A stretch of DNA of 64,000 bases from Selaginella moellendorffii (Eukaryota; Plantae; Lycopodiophyta). Each line of letters opens with the position of its first letter. The stretch's first letter is position 1. This document shows, piece after piece, positions 39,437-53,460 of this stretch. The stretch covers positions 496,001 to 560,000 of the forward strand of contig NW_003314332.1 in assembly GCF_000143415.4 (NCBI RefSeq). The letters are read 5' to 3'. The notes below the pieces were generated by a model that saw only the letters and a program-made list of their open reading frames with translations, was not told the origin of the DNA and made no database searches. Position numbers and translations under genes: made by a program.

Positions 39437-39550
39437 GGCGCCAAGGAGATCGCGTCACGCCGCCGCCCTCGCCAATGAGATAAACCCTAAAACTTTTAAC
39501 CTTTTTTTTACCTCCAAGAAAGTAAGGCATGTTATTAGGGTTTATCGGCC
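39437..39550. promoter_or_regulatory. 114-bp bidirectional promoter region with opposing telo-boxes
   Basis: Divergent ATGs at 39436 and 39551; AAACCCTAA 39482-39490 and TTAGGGTTT 39535-39543. Confidence 0.6.
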
Positions 39551-40711
39551 ATGGGATTTCATGGAAGGCTCCCCGCGCTGCTCGCCATTCTCTTCCTCCT
39601 GTGCATTGCCGGCGCAGCTCAATCGTCGCGCAAGGCTGGATCAGGCGATGCTAATGGCGATGTCGAAGGAGGAGGCCAAGATCAAGATCATCAGTCGCCT
39701 CCTCCACCGCCATCGCCATCGCCACCGCCGCCGCCGCCGCCGTCCAAGATCGAGTCCAAGGTAAGATTCTTGTAGGAAAATGCCAAGGCGGTGAGAATGG
39801 ATTCTGGATGCTACAGGAAGATTTCAATGCTACTGCCGGTTCTTCCAAGAATCAGACCAAGGAGGAGGATCCGCCGCCATCGACGGGAGCTCAACCTCCA
39901 CCGGAGGCCGAGGAAGAAGATCCTGGTCACTGTTGCGGTCTTAAAATGCGTGCTTGCCTCTCTTCTCCCGGCGATTCTAGCGATGGTAGGCAAGAATTTT
40001 CTTTTCTAGCTTAATAGTTCTTTCCTTGATTCTCGCAGGAATGCTCTCTCTTGTGATCAAGAGCCACGAAGTCGTCAAAGTGGAAGTGATCACACCGAGC
40101 TTCTTGAGCGCCAATCCTTCGGAGTTCACAACCACAGCCGATGGAAAAGAGATCCAAGTAAGTCTTAGATAGTTTTTTTTCTCTTTTTTCATGCTCTCTA
40201 TCACCATCTCTTCCAGGTGAAGATAGAGATGGTCGATCCAGAAGCTGCCAAGCTCCAATCTTCCATCCAGATCACAGTGAAATCCAACACCGAGTCGTGC
40301 AAACTCCCAGTTCCTTCTCACAATCTTGGATACAGCGATCAGAAGAAAGCGCTGCTGGGTGGATTCCGCTACTCGCCCCTGAGAACTCCGGTGGTGGGAT
40401 TGAGTATGCTAGCCGCGGCACTCGTTCTGGTGATGGGATCTTGGCTCTACTGCCGCTACAGGGTGAAGAAAACGGGACAATCGAGCGCGGGCGAGCACAG
40501 ATATGTGGAGCTGGAGATGGGAGCTCCAGATCGAGATGGAGCTGGGACTGCGCTAGAGGTGGAAGACGATGGATCGTGGGACAAAGTCTGGGACGAGGAG
40601 TGGGACGATGGCGAGGAAGCGGTGGGAAGTTCTTCCTTCAAGCTGACCGAGAGCTTATCGGCCAAAGGCCTGGCGCCGCGAAGAACATCGAAAGATGGCC
40701 GGGTGGATTAA
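39551..40711 (+). CDS. Type-I membrane protein of unknown function (conserved plant family), multi-exon
   Basis: Signal peptide, Pro-rich stretch, MRACL motif, TM helix, then YVELEM, WDKVWDEEWDDGEE and GLAPRRTSKDG. Confidence 0.75.
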
Positions 40712-40887
40712 ACGGTAAAAAAAGAGAATTCACTCGTTTGAGAGTGGACGATTTTGCTCACTTTACTCATGTAAATTCTTCTCGCTTTTATACTGACGAG
40801 GTTAAACTTCTTTCGCGGTAATGTTTGAAGATGTCCGTACAACAAACTCTGCATGCCGTACAACCCTGGAAGGGGTTTAGGGCTTTC

Positions 40888-43800
40888 ATGGAGGTGCCGC
40901 TGGTGGGAAGCGAGGCGACGCGATGGACGAATGCCAGTGTTCCGGGGCCGAGGTTACCACGGGCGGCATCGTGCTGCTGCCCTGCGCCGATCAATGCCGC
41001 TGGCGCCGCGCTCGTTCCCAGCGCGACCAGCAAAGCGCGGGACTGCTTCATCATCTGGTAAGAGAGTGTGGGATCTCCTTCTCCTTCTTCTTGAGGCTGC
41101 ATTCGCTGTTTCTGCTAGGCGCATTCATCAATCCTCGCCCTCGGCAATGGAGATCGTGCAGTTCTCGCCCCAGCAAGATTTCCCGGGGTATGGCCTACGG
41201 CTTTTGTTTAGCGAAGCTTTGTGTCCTTTCGCTGGAATATTTCCCATCGAGGCAAGTTTCCAAAGGGAATTCTCTCGTTCTTCTCAGGAGCTAAGAACTA
41301 CTCTCTTACAGGTTAACAATGGCCAGGGCCTCAACTTCACTATCACCATTGTGGCTGCGTCGGGTATCGTGTACGTCGTCAAGCTTCCAGTGGCGATGGA
41401 GCTGTGGAGCAATTTCGTTCTATCAAACTCCACTTTGATGGTTCGGGATCTTTCCAGCGAATTCACCAGGCTTCATGAAGTCACCTCCTTTACAGCCGCG
41501 AGAAATATCCTGTTCGTTGGGGGACGAAATGGCTCTGTGCTTTGCTTCTCTCTTTTCACCGATCTCGCGCAAGGTACGATGTTTTGTGACCAACGGAAGC
41601 TAACGCTCTGTGATGTAGATATTTGTTACGAACTCAAAGGTGGTGATGCTGGAATTGGACGTCTTTGGGGACTGGTTTCCAGGTAGAGTTTGTTTTCTGA
41701 GGGTTTTGACACTGGCTGATTAGCGAGTTTCCAGAAACAAGTCTGCGGCATCAGTTAAAAGTCTGGCAGTTCAAGAAATTCACAACAAACATGTGCTTCT
41801 TGTGCTTCATGAGGACGGGACCTTGCAAGCTTGGGATCCCCTTCAACACTTTCGACTGTTTAGTCACAATATCTGCCCATCTCCGGAGTTGACAGGCAAT
41901 GGTTTAACGTTTATGCTTACTTGGTCTTAGAGCTAAGCATTCTCTCAGGTTCATCTGCATCACAGATGTGGACGGAAGACGGCGTGTTTGCAGCGTCTAA
42001 GCAGCTAGCTGTCCTGTTTACTGAAGCTTCGCTGGTAATGTTTTCTGTGCATCGTAAACTTAACATTCTTTTCTATGTTCTTTGCATAGACAAAGACAAG
42101 GAGCACCGTATGCATTTACACCATGGACCCGCAGCCGTCCAGTGGGCTTCAACTGGGAATGCCTACATTGCAGCAAGTTATCCCCGTCGAGCAGGTACTT
42201 AGATCCCAGCGCATAGTATATAGCTAATTGCTTCTTTTAGGGAGTTGTTGTAGATGTGATGCTGGTGCAAGGAAGCTTATGGATCCTTACTCACAATACA
42301 GTGGACTCTTACGATCTTATGCATTTAAAGCTTCAACTGTACGCCGATTTTGTTTTTATTTTTATTTTTTATTTCTATTTTCTGGACGTAGCTCACATAA
42401 ATTGCAGGGGAGTGCTTCCGCAGCATTCTGTTTTGCAAGAAACGGAGCTAGATGAGCAACTCGTCGTCGGCGACGGCGATAATATCCCGCTCCTGCCAAC
42501 TGTAACTAACATTCTAAAGCTTCTGGTTTATTTTTATTTAACAACGAGTTTCAGGAAGGAACCATAACGGAGATACTGATAAGAAGACTTCTGCAACCAG
42601 GATTTTTTCACCACGAGACAGCCCAGCAAGTTCTTCAAGGGCGTGGTGTCATTGTCAACGATTCTAGTTTACGAACTTCTGTGGAAGAGGACTGGCGGCG
42701 AGATATCTCTGTAGCGATCAAGGTGGGAAGAATCTGTGAGCGCTTTCAGCTTATCGTTTGTGTTACTTTGCAGATCACAGACGAGGCTAAACAATTTGAG
42801 CAATGGAATAATTTTGTAACAGAGTACACGAGGGCATGGAAGAAGAACCACAGTCCGTATGTTCTCCTGGCAGATGCAACCACTGGATGCGTCGGCTTAG
42901 TGAGAAAGTCCTCCCTGTCTTTGATTCGCTCACAAAGCAGTGTCGAAAGAACAACATGGAGTAAGCGTGATAATTTTGATTGAGTTTCCATTTTAATCTC
43001 TTCCTGTAGGAAATGATAGTGAAGTTCTCAAGCGCTTCATGTCATGTGTGCACCTGGTTATTACTCACATTGGAGAACTCCCGCTGGCTGTATTCGATGA
43101 ATCGCTTCTGCAACGCAAGGGTGCTTCTATTGACCAACTAGTAGCTACCTGCGTACACAATCTCGATGTCGGCTCTCAGCCGCGGCAGGATTTGAGCATC
43201 GGCGTGGATGCTTTACGTGAAAAGGAAAAGGTGCGGCACACAAAGCAAAGGCTATTCAACTTCAAAATCTGCCAAGAGTTATTGGCTATCAAGGACGTTG
43301 CTGGTAATTGGAGCAGTGTATTGGACAGCATTGCAAACTACGAGCGATGCCTTTTGTTCGGCTCCACACAAAAGTCTTGCGAAATTCCACCGATGGGAAA
43401 CGCTTTCACAAAGCTGATCACGCAGGCAACCTCTCAGGTTTTATGGGCTCATTATCAGGAATGCCGCAACCTGGTTTTGCTTTTGAGCTATGTCATCAAC
43501 ATGAAATCACAGGCAAGCATAGAAGTGCTATTCCATTGACCGCATTGTTTATTTACCTATTCAAGCAGGTAAATCTTACTGGAAGCGAGGCATCAAGAAT
43601 TCAGCTGCAAATCTTACCACGTCTTAAGAAAGCAATGCTTATCAACTTGCTGCTATACTGGTTAACAGTAACTCCTGGCGAAGCCCCAGATTCGGATGAT
43701 TTTAACTCGCTATTGGCATCTCTAAGACTCGGTACGTGTTCATACACATATCGCTCTGCCTGACACATTTTATAGATGGTGCTGCCAACACTGCCTGGAA

Positions 43801-46508
43801 AGGAGGTCTGGGATTTGGACAGTTTACTTTGGCAGAAATCCTGGGGGCATCGTTTTTTGAAGCAGCACCCGTGACCTTTCGCAATCACAGTGGAGCTTTT
43901 GTGGAGAAAGGAGATCTTCTTGACTATGCAAGGGGTTTTATTACGTGGTTGTCGGTGGGCCAAGATAGTCGTCTGAACTTTCCGCGGAGAATAATAGACC
44001 TCTCGGTGATCCTCCTGAAACATGGGCAATACCGCGGTCTTGAGGTGCGCTTTTAAAACATTTTTTCCCTTTTTCGCAACCGAACATTCACGTTGCATGT
44101 CGTAAACCAGAGTCTGCTGAGCATTGTCGAAAGGCACTCGAACGAACAAACGTTCCTAGACGACGTGTTCGCTGCCGATGGTGAGTGCAGCGCCAGGCTG
44201 CATTTGCTAGGATTTTGTCGCTTGGCTCGTGCGTGCAGCGGGAATGGATCAAACAAATCACAGGAAATAAAAGACGCAGCTTCCTGCTTTTTCAGGTATG
44301 TCTCAGGTGTCTTTCCAGTATCCCGTATCCTGGTATTTATTGTGGCGTTACAGGGCTGCAGCTACACTGGGAGATTCCGATGAGAGGTTTCATTCGCTTT
44401 TTCGAGGAAAGAGTTTGTTGCCTGAATCAACTGCTGCCGCCTGGAAGCTTCAGTACTTTGAATGGGTGATGCAAATTTTTGAGCAGCACAACCTCAGTGA
44501 AGGCGCGAGTCAATTTGCTTTGGCAGCACTTGATCAGGTTGATCAGGCTGGAAGCGACAGGAACACCATTGGGACAAAGGGACGGCTGTGGGCCAACGTT
44601 TTTAAGTTCTCGATGGATCTGGAACTGTATGGTGAAGCATATACTGCAATCGTCTCTAATCCGGATGAGGAGGTCAAACTTACGTGCTTGCGGCGATTCG
44701 TGGTGGTCCTTTGCGAGCGTAAAGCTACGCAGGTACGTTTTACCTGGTGTAGAAGCAAGTTTCTTATTGTGTTGTGAAGCAGATTTTATGTGGTGGAGAC
44801 CTTCCGTATGCTGGTTTACTTGACACTGTTGAGCAGGAGTTGGCTTGGAAGGTGAGCATGAATTTTACGTTCGATATTTGTTTATTGTGCTTGCATTTAC
44901 AGGCAGAATACTCTGACGTGAGCGCAAAACCAAACGTCTACAAGCTTCTGTATGCCTTTAGCCTTCATCATCACAACTACAGACGCGCAGCTGGGTACAT
45001 GTATCGATATGCTGCGAGAATGAGGGACGAAGGTGTGTCCAAGTCTCGTCTTCAAGTTGCGGTTGCTTTTCAAGAGCAGGTGAACGGGCTTGCTGCGGCA
45101 ATCAACACTCTCAGCCTTGTAAGTCCGTCCTCTGCGTGGATAGATTTGCAATTTACAATTGCTGATGAGAAGTCCAGCTCTTCTCCCTCAAAACGCCCTC
45201 GTTTGGCTGGTACCGGAGGTACGCATATAATGAACGGTGTTGGCGATGGACTGACATGTTTTCGTTTTCCTTTTCAGTCGTGAACTACGTTGCGGTTGTC
45301 AGAGAAGAGAACGTTGTCGATATTGAAGAACTGGACAAACAATACGTTCTTGCTGTTGCCAAGTTGGAGCTTGTACAGGCAAGCATCAAGCATCCGACAA
45401 TAGGTACTTGTTGACCGCGTACGTTAAACTTGTTAAAGATTTGATTGTTGCCAGGAGAGCTATCCCCTTCAGAGGTTGTTCATCTACTTGTTCAGTATGG
45501 TTTGTACGAGAGCGCATTCTCTACGCTGTTTAGACTGTGGAAAGGCTCTGTATTGAAAAGGTAAGGACCTGCGACTTTTGACTATGACTTCGACTATAAC
45601 ACGAGTTCATTCTTTAGGGAGCTTGAGAAAACATTTGAGCTGATTGCGAGAAATTGTTGCAGCCAACAGACAAGCCTCAGGTTGTGACATTCCTCCTTTG
45701 TCATTTGCTCATCAGTTCTTTGCAGGCCACCGAATGGGAAGCTTTTGATGCTTACTGGTGTAGACAGCACAGATGGCGAGCTTCCTGCAGCTTCTAAAGG
45801 GGATTGGCAATCTTTGCAGCGGAATCTGGTAATTACTATTCACAATGAACAAACCTGAGAAATATGTTTCTACTTTAAATCAGGAGAAATATCGACCAGT
45901 GCATCCTCGTCTTCCGGTTGTCGTTGCGGAGACAATTATTTCCGTGAACAAAAACATGGAGCTACCGCTTTGGCTTACTGACCTTTTAAAGGTAAGAAAC
46001 ACCACAAGGATTTAATTTTTTCTGTGCTTGACTTTGGCATTTATTGCAGGGAGGCAAGTCTGTAAATCCTTTCGGAATGGCAGGGCAGGATGGAGATCCC
46101 GCGGCCTTACTCAGGATTTACGTGGATAATGGACGCCTGGTAGAAGCTTCAACTTTGATCCTAGACTATCTCCGAGCATGGGCTAACATGGTACGCATTA
46201 ATAGTTCGTCGTGCTCGCTGTTTCAAAACTCTCTACCTTCATCCAGAGACCGACTGACGTGATCAAGCGCAAGAAAGTGTCTGCGGCCTGGTTTCCATAC
46301 GCACTGATCGATCGTCTCCAGCAATCGCTAGCGGAAGTTAGCGATCGGGACTCGCGGTGCAAAGAAATGAAAAGCTCCCTCCAGGCAGCTTTAGAGCGTC
46401 ACCTTAGTCAGGTAATTCGTCCATCCATGGATCTTCTTCTGGCGATTTGATGGATTTTCTTTCCAGATGAAAGACGATTCAAACGATATCATCTCCTCGC
46501 AGGCTTAA
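40888..46508 (+). CDS. NUP160: Nucleoporin NUP160, many exons
   Basis: MEVPLVGSEATRW start, GGRNGS, LWGLVSR, WKLQYFEWVMQIFEQ, GRLWANVFKF, CLRRFVVVLCE, YKLLYAF..HHHNYRRAAGYMY, ELPLWL, DPAALLRIYVDNGRL, WFPYALID. Confidence 0.92.
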
Positions 46509-46748
46509 ACTCTAGCACCATTGAAAAATCGAACACAATGTATCTATCAGCAAATTCTTGCAAATCCAGGCACCTTTAAGAGCTTACTTTTACATTAATG
46601 CTAGGCACTTTTAAAGGTAGGGCAAGCCATCATAGATAAAAGGCCAACTTCAAGCGTGAATAGCGTGAAAGAGATTTTATTTTTTGTTTTAGGGTTGATG
46701 AGAAGGAGCCTTGGGTTGAGGGCTTTGGTAGAAGGCGAAGATCTGAGA

Positions 46749-47939
46749 ATGGCGGGGCGAGCTCGCAATCCCGTGCAGGGCCTTCTTCTCTGGCTCCGCC
46801 GCCAGCCGCCCAAGGTGAAGACGGCGCTGGGCTGCGTCGGCGCCATCGCGATGCTCGTGCTTCTTAGGTTTCTCGTCGTGGATCACGACAATCTCTTTGT
46901 TCTCGCGGAGGCGATCCATTCCGTCGGCATCATCGTGCTCATCTACAAGCTCCAGAAGGAAAGAACTTGCGCTGGTGAGTGAGCGACTCCAAAGATTGGT
47001 TTTTTTGTTCTTCCGATCGAAAATTCCCCTTCGTGCTTTCGCCCCAGGCCTGTCGCTGAAATCGCAGGAGCTCACAGCCATTTTTCTCGCTGTGAGGCTC
47101 TACTGTAGCGTGGTAATGGAGTACGACATCCACACCCTTCTCGACACGGCAACTTTGGCCACCACGCTGTGGGTGATTTACATGCTGCGCTTCAAGCTCA
47201 AGTCGACTTACATGGAAGATCTCGACAACCTCCCGTCATACTACGTGGTTCGTCCTCTTGTCGTTACCATTCTCCTCAATTTTTTCCATTCTTTTGTTGG
47301 ATTCCTTGTCTTGAGTTTCCTGGCTGTGTCCAGATCATACCGTGTGCCGCTCTTGCTTTTCTCATTCATCCTTCTACAGCGCATCACGTCGTCAACAGAA
47401 TCCTTTGGGCGTTTTGCGTCTACTTGGAGGCTGTCTCGGTGCTGCCTCAGCTGCGAGTTATGCAAAACACCAAGGTACACGCGTGGAAATCATCGTTGCT
47501 CTTTCTTGTCGTGGTTTCTTCTTGTTCTGTCATGACTTATTCGTTGTCTTTCCTTTGCCAGGTTGTAGAGCCCTTTACCGCGCATTATGTGTTTGCACTT
47601 GGTGTGGCCAGGTTTTTGAGCTGTGCGCATTGGGTGCTCCAGGTAAAAACTTTGATTTTTCTTTTGTTTCTTCTCTTCAAAGTTTGAGCAAGAAGTTGTG
47701 TTACAGATTATAGATGGCCGGAGCTATTTGATCAATGCCTTGGGCTATGGATGGTGGCCTTCCATGGTTCTTCTTTCCGAGATCGTACAAACGTTCATCT
47801 TGGCTGATTTTTGCTACTACTACGTCAAAAGGTCTCACTCAAATCCCTCACTCTTTGATGATTTTCTAATTTTCTTTGTCGTTCTCCCAGCGTTCTTGAG
47901 GGACAATCCATTGTGCGACTTCCTTCCGGAGTTGTCTGA
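46749..47939 (+). CDS. ER lumen protein-retaining receptor family (ERD2-related) protein
   Basis: DHDNLFVLAEAIH, KERTCAGLSLKSQELTAIFLAVRLYCS, YLEAVSVLPQLR, VEPFTAHYVFALG, QTFILADFCYYY. Confidence 0.93.
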
Positions 47940-48040
47940 TCGTGAGTTTAAATTAACTGTTGTTTCAGAGACTGTATTTCTAACGCAAAAAAGAGAAACG
48001 CAGAGACTTTTTCGTGTAAGAAAAACTTTTTCTTTTCCTC

Positions 48041-50327
48041 TCAAAATTGCTTTCCCAATTCAATCTTCTTCACCATGCGCATTGCACCATGCAGCATTGA
48101 GTCAACAATCCCCGCCACCTAAATGAAAAAGGTCTCTCAAGTGAAACATAAACCAAACTTAAGACTTACAGTGAATACACCGCCGATGATCGCACAGACA
48201 TTGGTGATGAAATGTGAAAAGGATTTTGGGTTCTCCTTCACCAAAACCTGCGAAGCACGAAACCTAGATAGTTTAAAAGCAAGTCTTGCATATACAGCTT
48301 ACCTGCATTGGAGAGAGTTCGTAATGGAACTTTGCAACTGGAACGTTCGTGTTTTGGACAGTGTTGCTGTGCGATGTATAGTCGTACTGCTCCAAGAGGC
48401 TAAACTCCTTTCTCTTTTGAAGAGAGACAACTTCCGTTTTGACGACTTGCAAGTAATGATCATGCTAAGAAAAAAAAAAAAAAAAAAGTTTCTGTAAGTT
48501 ACAGTAGAAATAAATGGAAGAGAGATCTCTTACCGTGATGTTCTCGTGTTGTGAGACGTATATCCTGCCAGTGAGATTAGCTTCCACTGTGTCGTACACT
48601 GATGCTAGATGAGGATATATGCGATAGAGCTCCCTTCGCATCCAAAAATTGAGCTCCCGCCCAAATGAGAACTGGCTAACGTAGTGAGTCATGTTCATTG
48701 CCGAAGCATCGAAGGAATGTGACCCTGAGTGTGCCGAGATAATAATATTTCCTGGAACCTGGGAACCAGAAGAACCAAGTTTTAGCGGTAAGTGTAGATA
48801 GCAACGACAAAAACCTTCTTTGCTCTAATGAATCCCTCGATCCTACACCCTCCCGCACGCGGAGCTGGCCTCTTTACGGTCCCATTGGTTTTGTCCTCCA
48901 GAGCAAGAGTAGTCTCTTTAGGTACAAGCGCCTCCATGGCCTGATACACGATGATAAGCTCCTTGTAAGCTGTTTGATCCAGATCTGATAGTTTACCTTG
49001 ACAAGAGAATCAGTGTCACGCTCGCCATAGTAAGAGTCGTGTTCGTGATGACCGTGCTCGTCCCTGAGCGTAAAATTGATACTTTGCGAAAAACCATTTA
49101 CAAGCTTACCCCCTGCACAAAGAGATTGATCATTAGAGTCGTCTCTACAACCAATATAGTAAAATCTTACTTCAGGTCGTGGCCCTTGCGAAAAATTCTT
49201 ATCGATGGAAATCCTTGAATATGATGCCTGTAAGACCAGAAATCGATCACAATGCGAGGAAAGGAAAATACTTTACTTTCTGCAGAGATCATTGTTGTCA
49301 GTGCAATCCACCTTTCCAAGTAGAATTCTTCCGGTATCGGGATGATACCTGGAAACAAAAAATAAAAATAAAACCGCTGCCTGAATGACAAAACCTGACG
49401 ACTTACTTTTCAGCAATAATTCCAGCCGCTTTATCCCAGGATGGTTTCTGGATGCACAAGCACAAGTCACAAAACAGAATTTTTTGCAAGCCCGGAGCTT
49501 ACCAAACGAGCGCTCCAAATGCACCAAGGAGCATAGAAGTTGACGACCAAAACCGAATACCTGGAGGCAAACAATATTGCACGGGCCAAAACATAAGCCA
49601 AAAAAGCAATGTCGCTACTTACCGGCGTGCATATTCATCAAAAGTGCTGCTCGTAAGGACGTGAGCGCCCTCTCCTTCGTGATCGTCGTCACCGTGACTT
49701 GTTGGATTGGGAATAGGACCGGGATGAAACTCAGGTCCGACAATCTTTAGATTTGGATCAATCGGGTACTTTCTCACTGTCTTGGTAAGATTATATCTAT
49801 TCTGCAAACCGGTCGTGAGCAGCGTTGCAATAGAAACCAGCAGCAGGCTACTTACAGTTCCCAGTGCGTCGCTCACATCAACCGAAGCAAATTCGCAGGA
49901 CAAAGCAGGAAAACTACAAAACCATTTCGAAGTTTATAGAACCCCAAAGGTAAGATCAAACCAAAGGAGGAAAAACAAAGGGACTAGAAAGTACCTCATA
50001 TTGAATTGTATGCGCAAATATTCACCATCTTTGCTTCTATCCACCACAACGTTCGTTGTGCTCGACACAGTCAAGTAATTGTTTAGCTCCTACAAGAGAA
50101 GAAAATAAAAACTAGCTTTTCTCACGAAAAAAAAGAAAGGCTTACCATTCCAAACAAGAAAATCATCGCAAAAGCAGCGATCAGCGATAGTCCAGCTCCA
50201 GAGAGCGATGCCTCGGTTAAATCTCTCGGAATTTTCCTGGCGCGCGTGTTAGAATCGCTCAAGACATGACAGGAGGGCCACAATACCTATAGAAATCGAT
50301 CGATTTGATCTTGCTGGTGGTCGTCAT
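48041..50327 (-). CDS. PDIL5-4: Protein disulfide isomerase-like 5-3/5-4 (thioredoxin plus ERGIC domains)
   Basis: MTTTSKIKSIDFYRKIPRDLTEASLSGAGLS, NFYAPWCIWS (CxxS), HHIQGFPSIRIFRKG, NMTHYVSQFSFG, ends KKIELGKQF. Confidence 0.92.
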
Positions 50328-50601
50328 GGCTGGAATTCGCGCAATACCTAGTCACAAATCCATCGCCAGCGCTGGCGCCTCGTTGTGATCGAAGAAATGG
50401 GCAGATCTAAGCGCACGCCTCGCCTCGGCGTCGCCGTAGTAGCTGCCCCGACTTCCCAAGACCTTGTAAGTGAATATTCTATTCCCTTTCCTATTTTGCC
50501 TCAGGAATATGCCTCGTGCTTAAGTCACTGCGTGGTGGTCTGGAGCTCGAATCCGGGGAGGGAGAACTAGGGTTTTCAGGGTTCCGGAGTGCGCGTGAAC
50601 G

Positions 50602-53168
50602 ATGACGGACTTGGATTCATGGGAGGAGATTGAATCGCCGGCAGGGTCACAGGCGCCAGCAGCTCCAGCGGCGTCACGGCTCAATCCATCGGCGCCTTCC
50701 TTCACATTCAATCCGTCGGCGCCATCTTTCATGCCCAGAGCTCCAGCGCCGCCGACACCAGCTCCAGCTCCACAGCCGGCGCATCAGCCTGGATTTGCAA
50801 TCCCGGTCCGAATTCCAGTCCCTGAGCCAGAGGATTCGGCGCCGTTCGACCAGGCCAATGGAATGGAGGTGGATCCTCCCAAGGAAACAAAGAAGGAGGA
50901 CCCTCTTCCGGGTGAGTGATCGAATTTTCTTGGCATTTTCTCTTCTCACCTGGTCACCACTGTCAGAGGAAATTGTGGAGAAATTCGAAGCCACCAAGAT
51001 CTCACCAGGTTTCTTTCCTCTTAGTTTCTTCTTTTTAGTGTTGCTAATCGTGTATCCCAGATGTAGAAACTCGCGACGAGATGGATGCGGAACCAGCACC
51101 AAGCAAGGAAGATTTTCCCGAAGATGTTACTGACACTCGATCGCACTTGAATGTTGTGTTCATTGGTCACGTTGGTATGAATCAAGTTTTCGCTTTTGCT
51201 GACGAAGTTAGCTCACTGTTGTCTCACTGTAGATGCTGGCAAGTCCACAATCGGTGGACAGATTCTTTTTGTGAGTGGTATGGTGGACGAACGCACCATA
51301 CAGAAATACGAGCGGGAAGCCAAGGAGAAGAATCGCGAGAGCTGGTCGGTGCTTCGTTGTTTTTTATTTCTCCTCTTCGGCCATAACTGATTGTCTCTTG
51401 TTTCTCAGGTACATGGCCTACATTATGGATACTAACGAAGAAGAGCGTGCGAAGGTGCGCACTTTCTTGCACTTTGTGAATGTTTTCTTGCCGGTTTTAT
51501 TCTGGTGTGTCTTGTAAATATAGGGAAAGACGGTGGAAGTTGGCAGGGCTTCCTTCGAAACGGCTAAAACGAGGTTCACGATTCTGGATGCTCCCGTAAG
51601 CTGTTTTCTACTCTCGTTTTTTCTGTTCCTTTGTCTGAAAGTGCTTTTTTTCAGGGGCACAAAAACTATGTGCCAAATATGATCAGTGGTGCTTCACAAG
51701 CGGACATTGGCGTGCTGGTAAGTGTCACGATATTTTAGCGCTACATTGTCACAAGATAAAACTATGCAGGTTATATCCGCTCGCAAAGGTGAATTTGAAA
51801 CGGGATTCGAAAGAGGAGGCCAGACACGGGAGCACGCTCAACTTGCGAAGACACTCGGTGTAGCGAAGCTCTTGGTTGTTGTAAACAAGATGGACGATTC
51901 TTCCGTTGGGTGGGAGAAGGAAAGGTATTTATCTCGACTCCTTGTCTGCTACTAATTCTCTCTTAGGTTTGACGAGATTGAGAAGAAGATGACTCCATTT
52001 CTGAAGTCCTGTGGTTATAACATCAAGAAAGGTTTTGTGCTATCTACTTTCTTTGTCTAAAATGCTTATACTTCTGATTGCAGATGTCCAATTCCTTCCA
52101 ATCTCGGGGCTTTATGGAACAAACCTCAAAGAAAGAATGCCGACGTCTGTATGCTCTTGGTGGGAAGGACCTTGTCTGTTTGAGGCATTAGACAGCGTGG
52201 AGCCGCCTCAAAGGGACGCTACTGGTCCGTTCAGGTATTGGAGTGTCCTAATAAACGGTGGACTTGACAGTGTTACATTTGCCGTTCCCAGGATGCCGAT
52301 CATCGACAGATACAAGGACATGGGCACGGTGGTCATGGGAAAGATAGAAGCGGGATCCGTGAGGCGGGGCGATAATTTAGTGGTCATGCCCAACAAGGTT
52401 GGCATGATATAAATAATCTGTTTACTGACATTGTTTGATTCTGTACAGGCTCCAGTGAAGGTTATCACCATCTTCCGTGACGCTGATGAAGTCAATCAAG
52501 CCAAACCCGGAGAAAATCTAAGAATACGGCTGTCTGGTCTTGAGGAGGATGACATTTCATCTGGTTTTGTGCTCTCCAGCAGCAGTAAGCTTTTCCCTGA
52601 CTGATATTTTGTTCTCTTTCCTTACCCTCGTTATCCAGGCAGCCCAATCCCCGCTGTGCTGGAGTTCGATGCTCAGCTTCAAGTGTTGGAACTTCTCGAT
52701 CACAAGGTAGGCATTCTGCAATTGCGTAAGCTGGTCTTACAGCTTCGATTTCATGCAGGCTATATTCACGGCTGGATATAAGGCTGTTCTCCACATCCAC
52801 GCGGTCGTGGAAGAATGTGAGATCATGGAGCTCATGCAACAGATTGACCCAAAAACCAAGAAGCCAATGAAGAAAAAAGTGCTCTTTGTCAAGAGTGGCG
52901 CCGTTGTCGTTGTCAGGATTCAGGTAAGCTGTTTCTTTTTTTCCCTCCTCTCGAGCCGTTTATATTCACAAAACCATACCAGGTTCCTGCTCCAATCTGC
53001 ATTGAGAAGTTTCAGGACTTTCCACAGATGGGCCGTTTCACTTTGCGTGACGAAGGTGCTTGTCTCTCAACTTCTGTTACTATGCTACTACTGAGATTTG
53101 GTGTTGTGCTTCCCATTCCAGGCAAGACTGTCGCCATTGGCAAGGTCATTAAGCTGAGGCAGGAATGA
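50602..53168 (+). CDS. ERF3: Eukaryotic peptide chain release factor GTP-binding subunit eRF3
   Basis: PAM2-like [77 protein letters not shown]. Confidence 0.95.
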
Positions 53169-53460
53169 CTCAGAGTGACTTGTAGCGACGCTTTGGTTCG
53201 TGCTGCTGGCCTGAATCTGCGGTAAGCCCGCTCTTGCAAGTTTTCTTCTTGCTCACCAAAGCCTCTTTCTTGCGCAGATGAATTCAACGCAATGGCCTAT
53301 ATTTTTGTTTCTCGCGTATCTCCATATCATCGAACTGTATTTTGGTGAGCTAGCAAGCACGACAAACGTATTGACACGTTTCTTAATCTACGCAAGTTGT
53401 TTTCGAGAATAACAAGGTTGTTACAACATTAGTCCAGCCGATCTTACGAAAACCCACACG

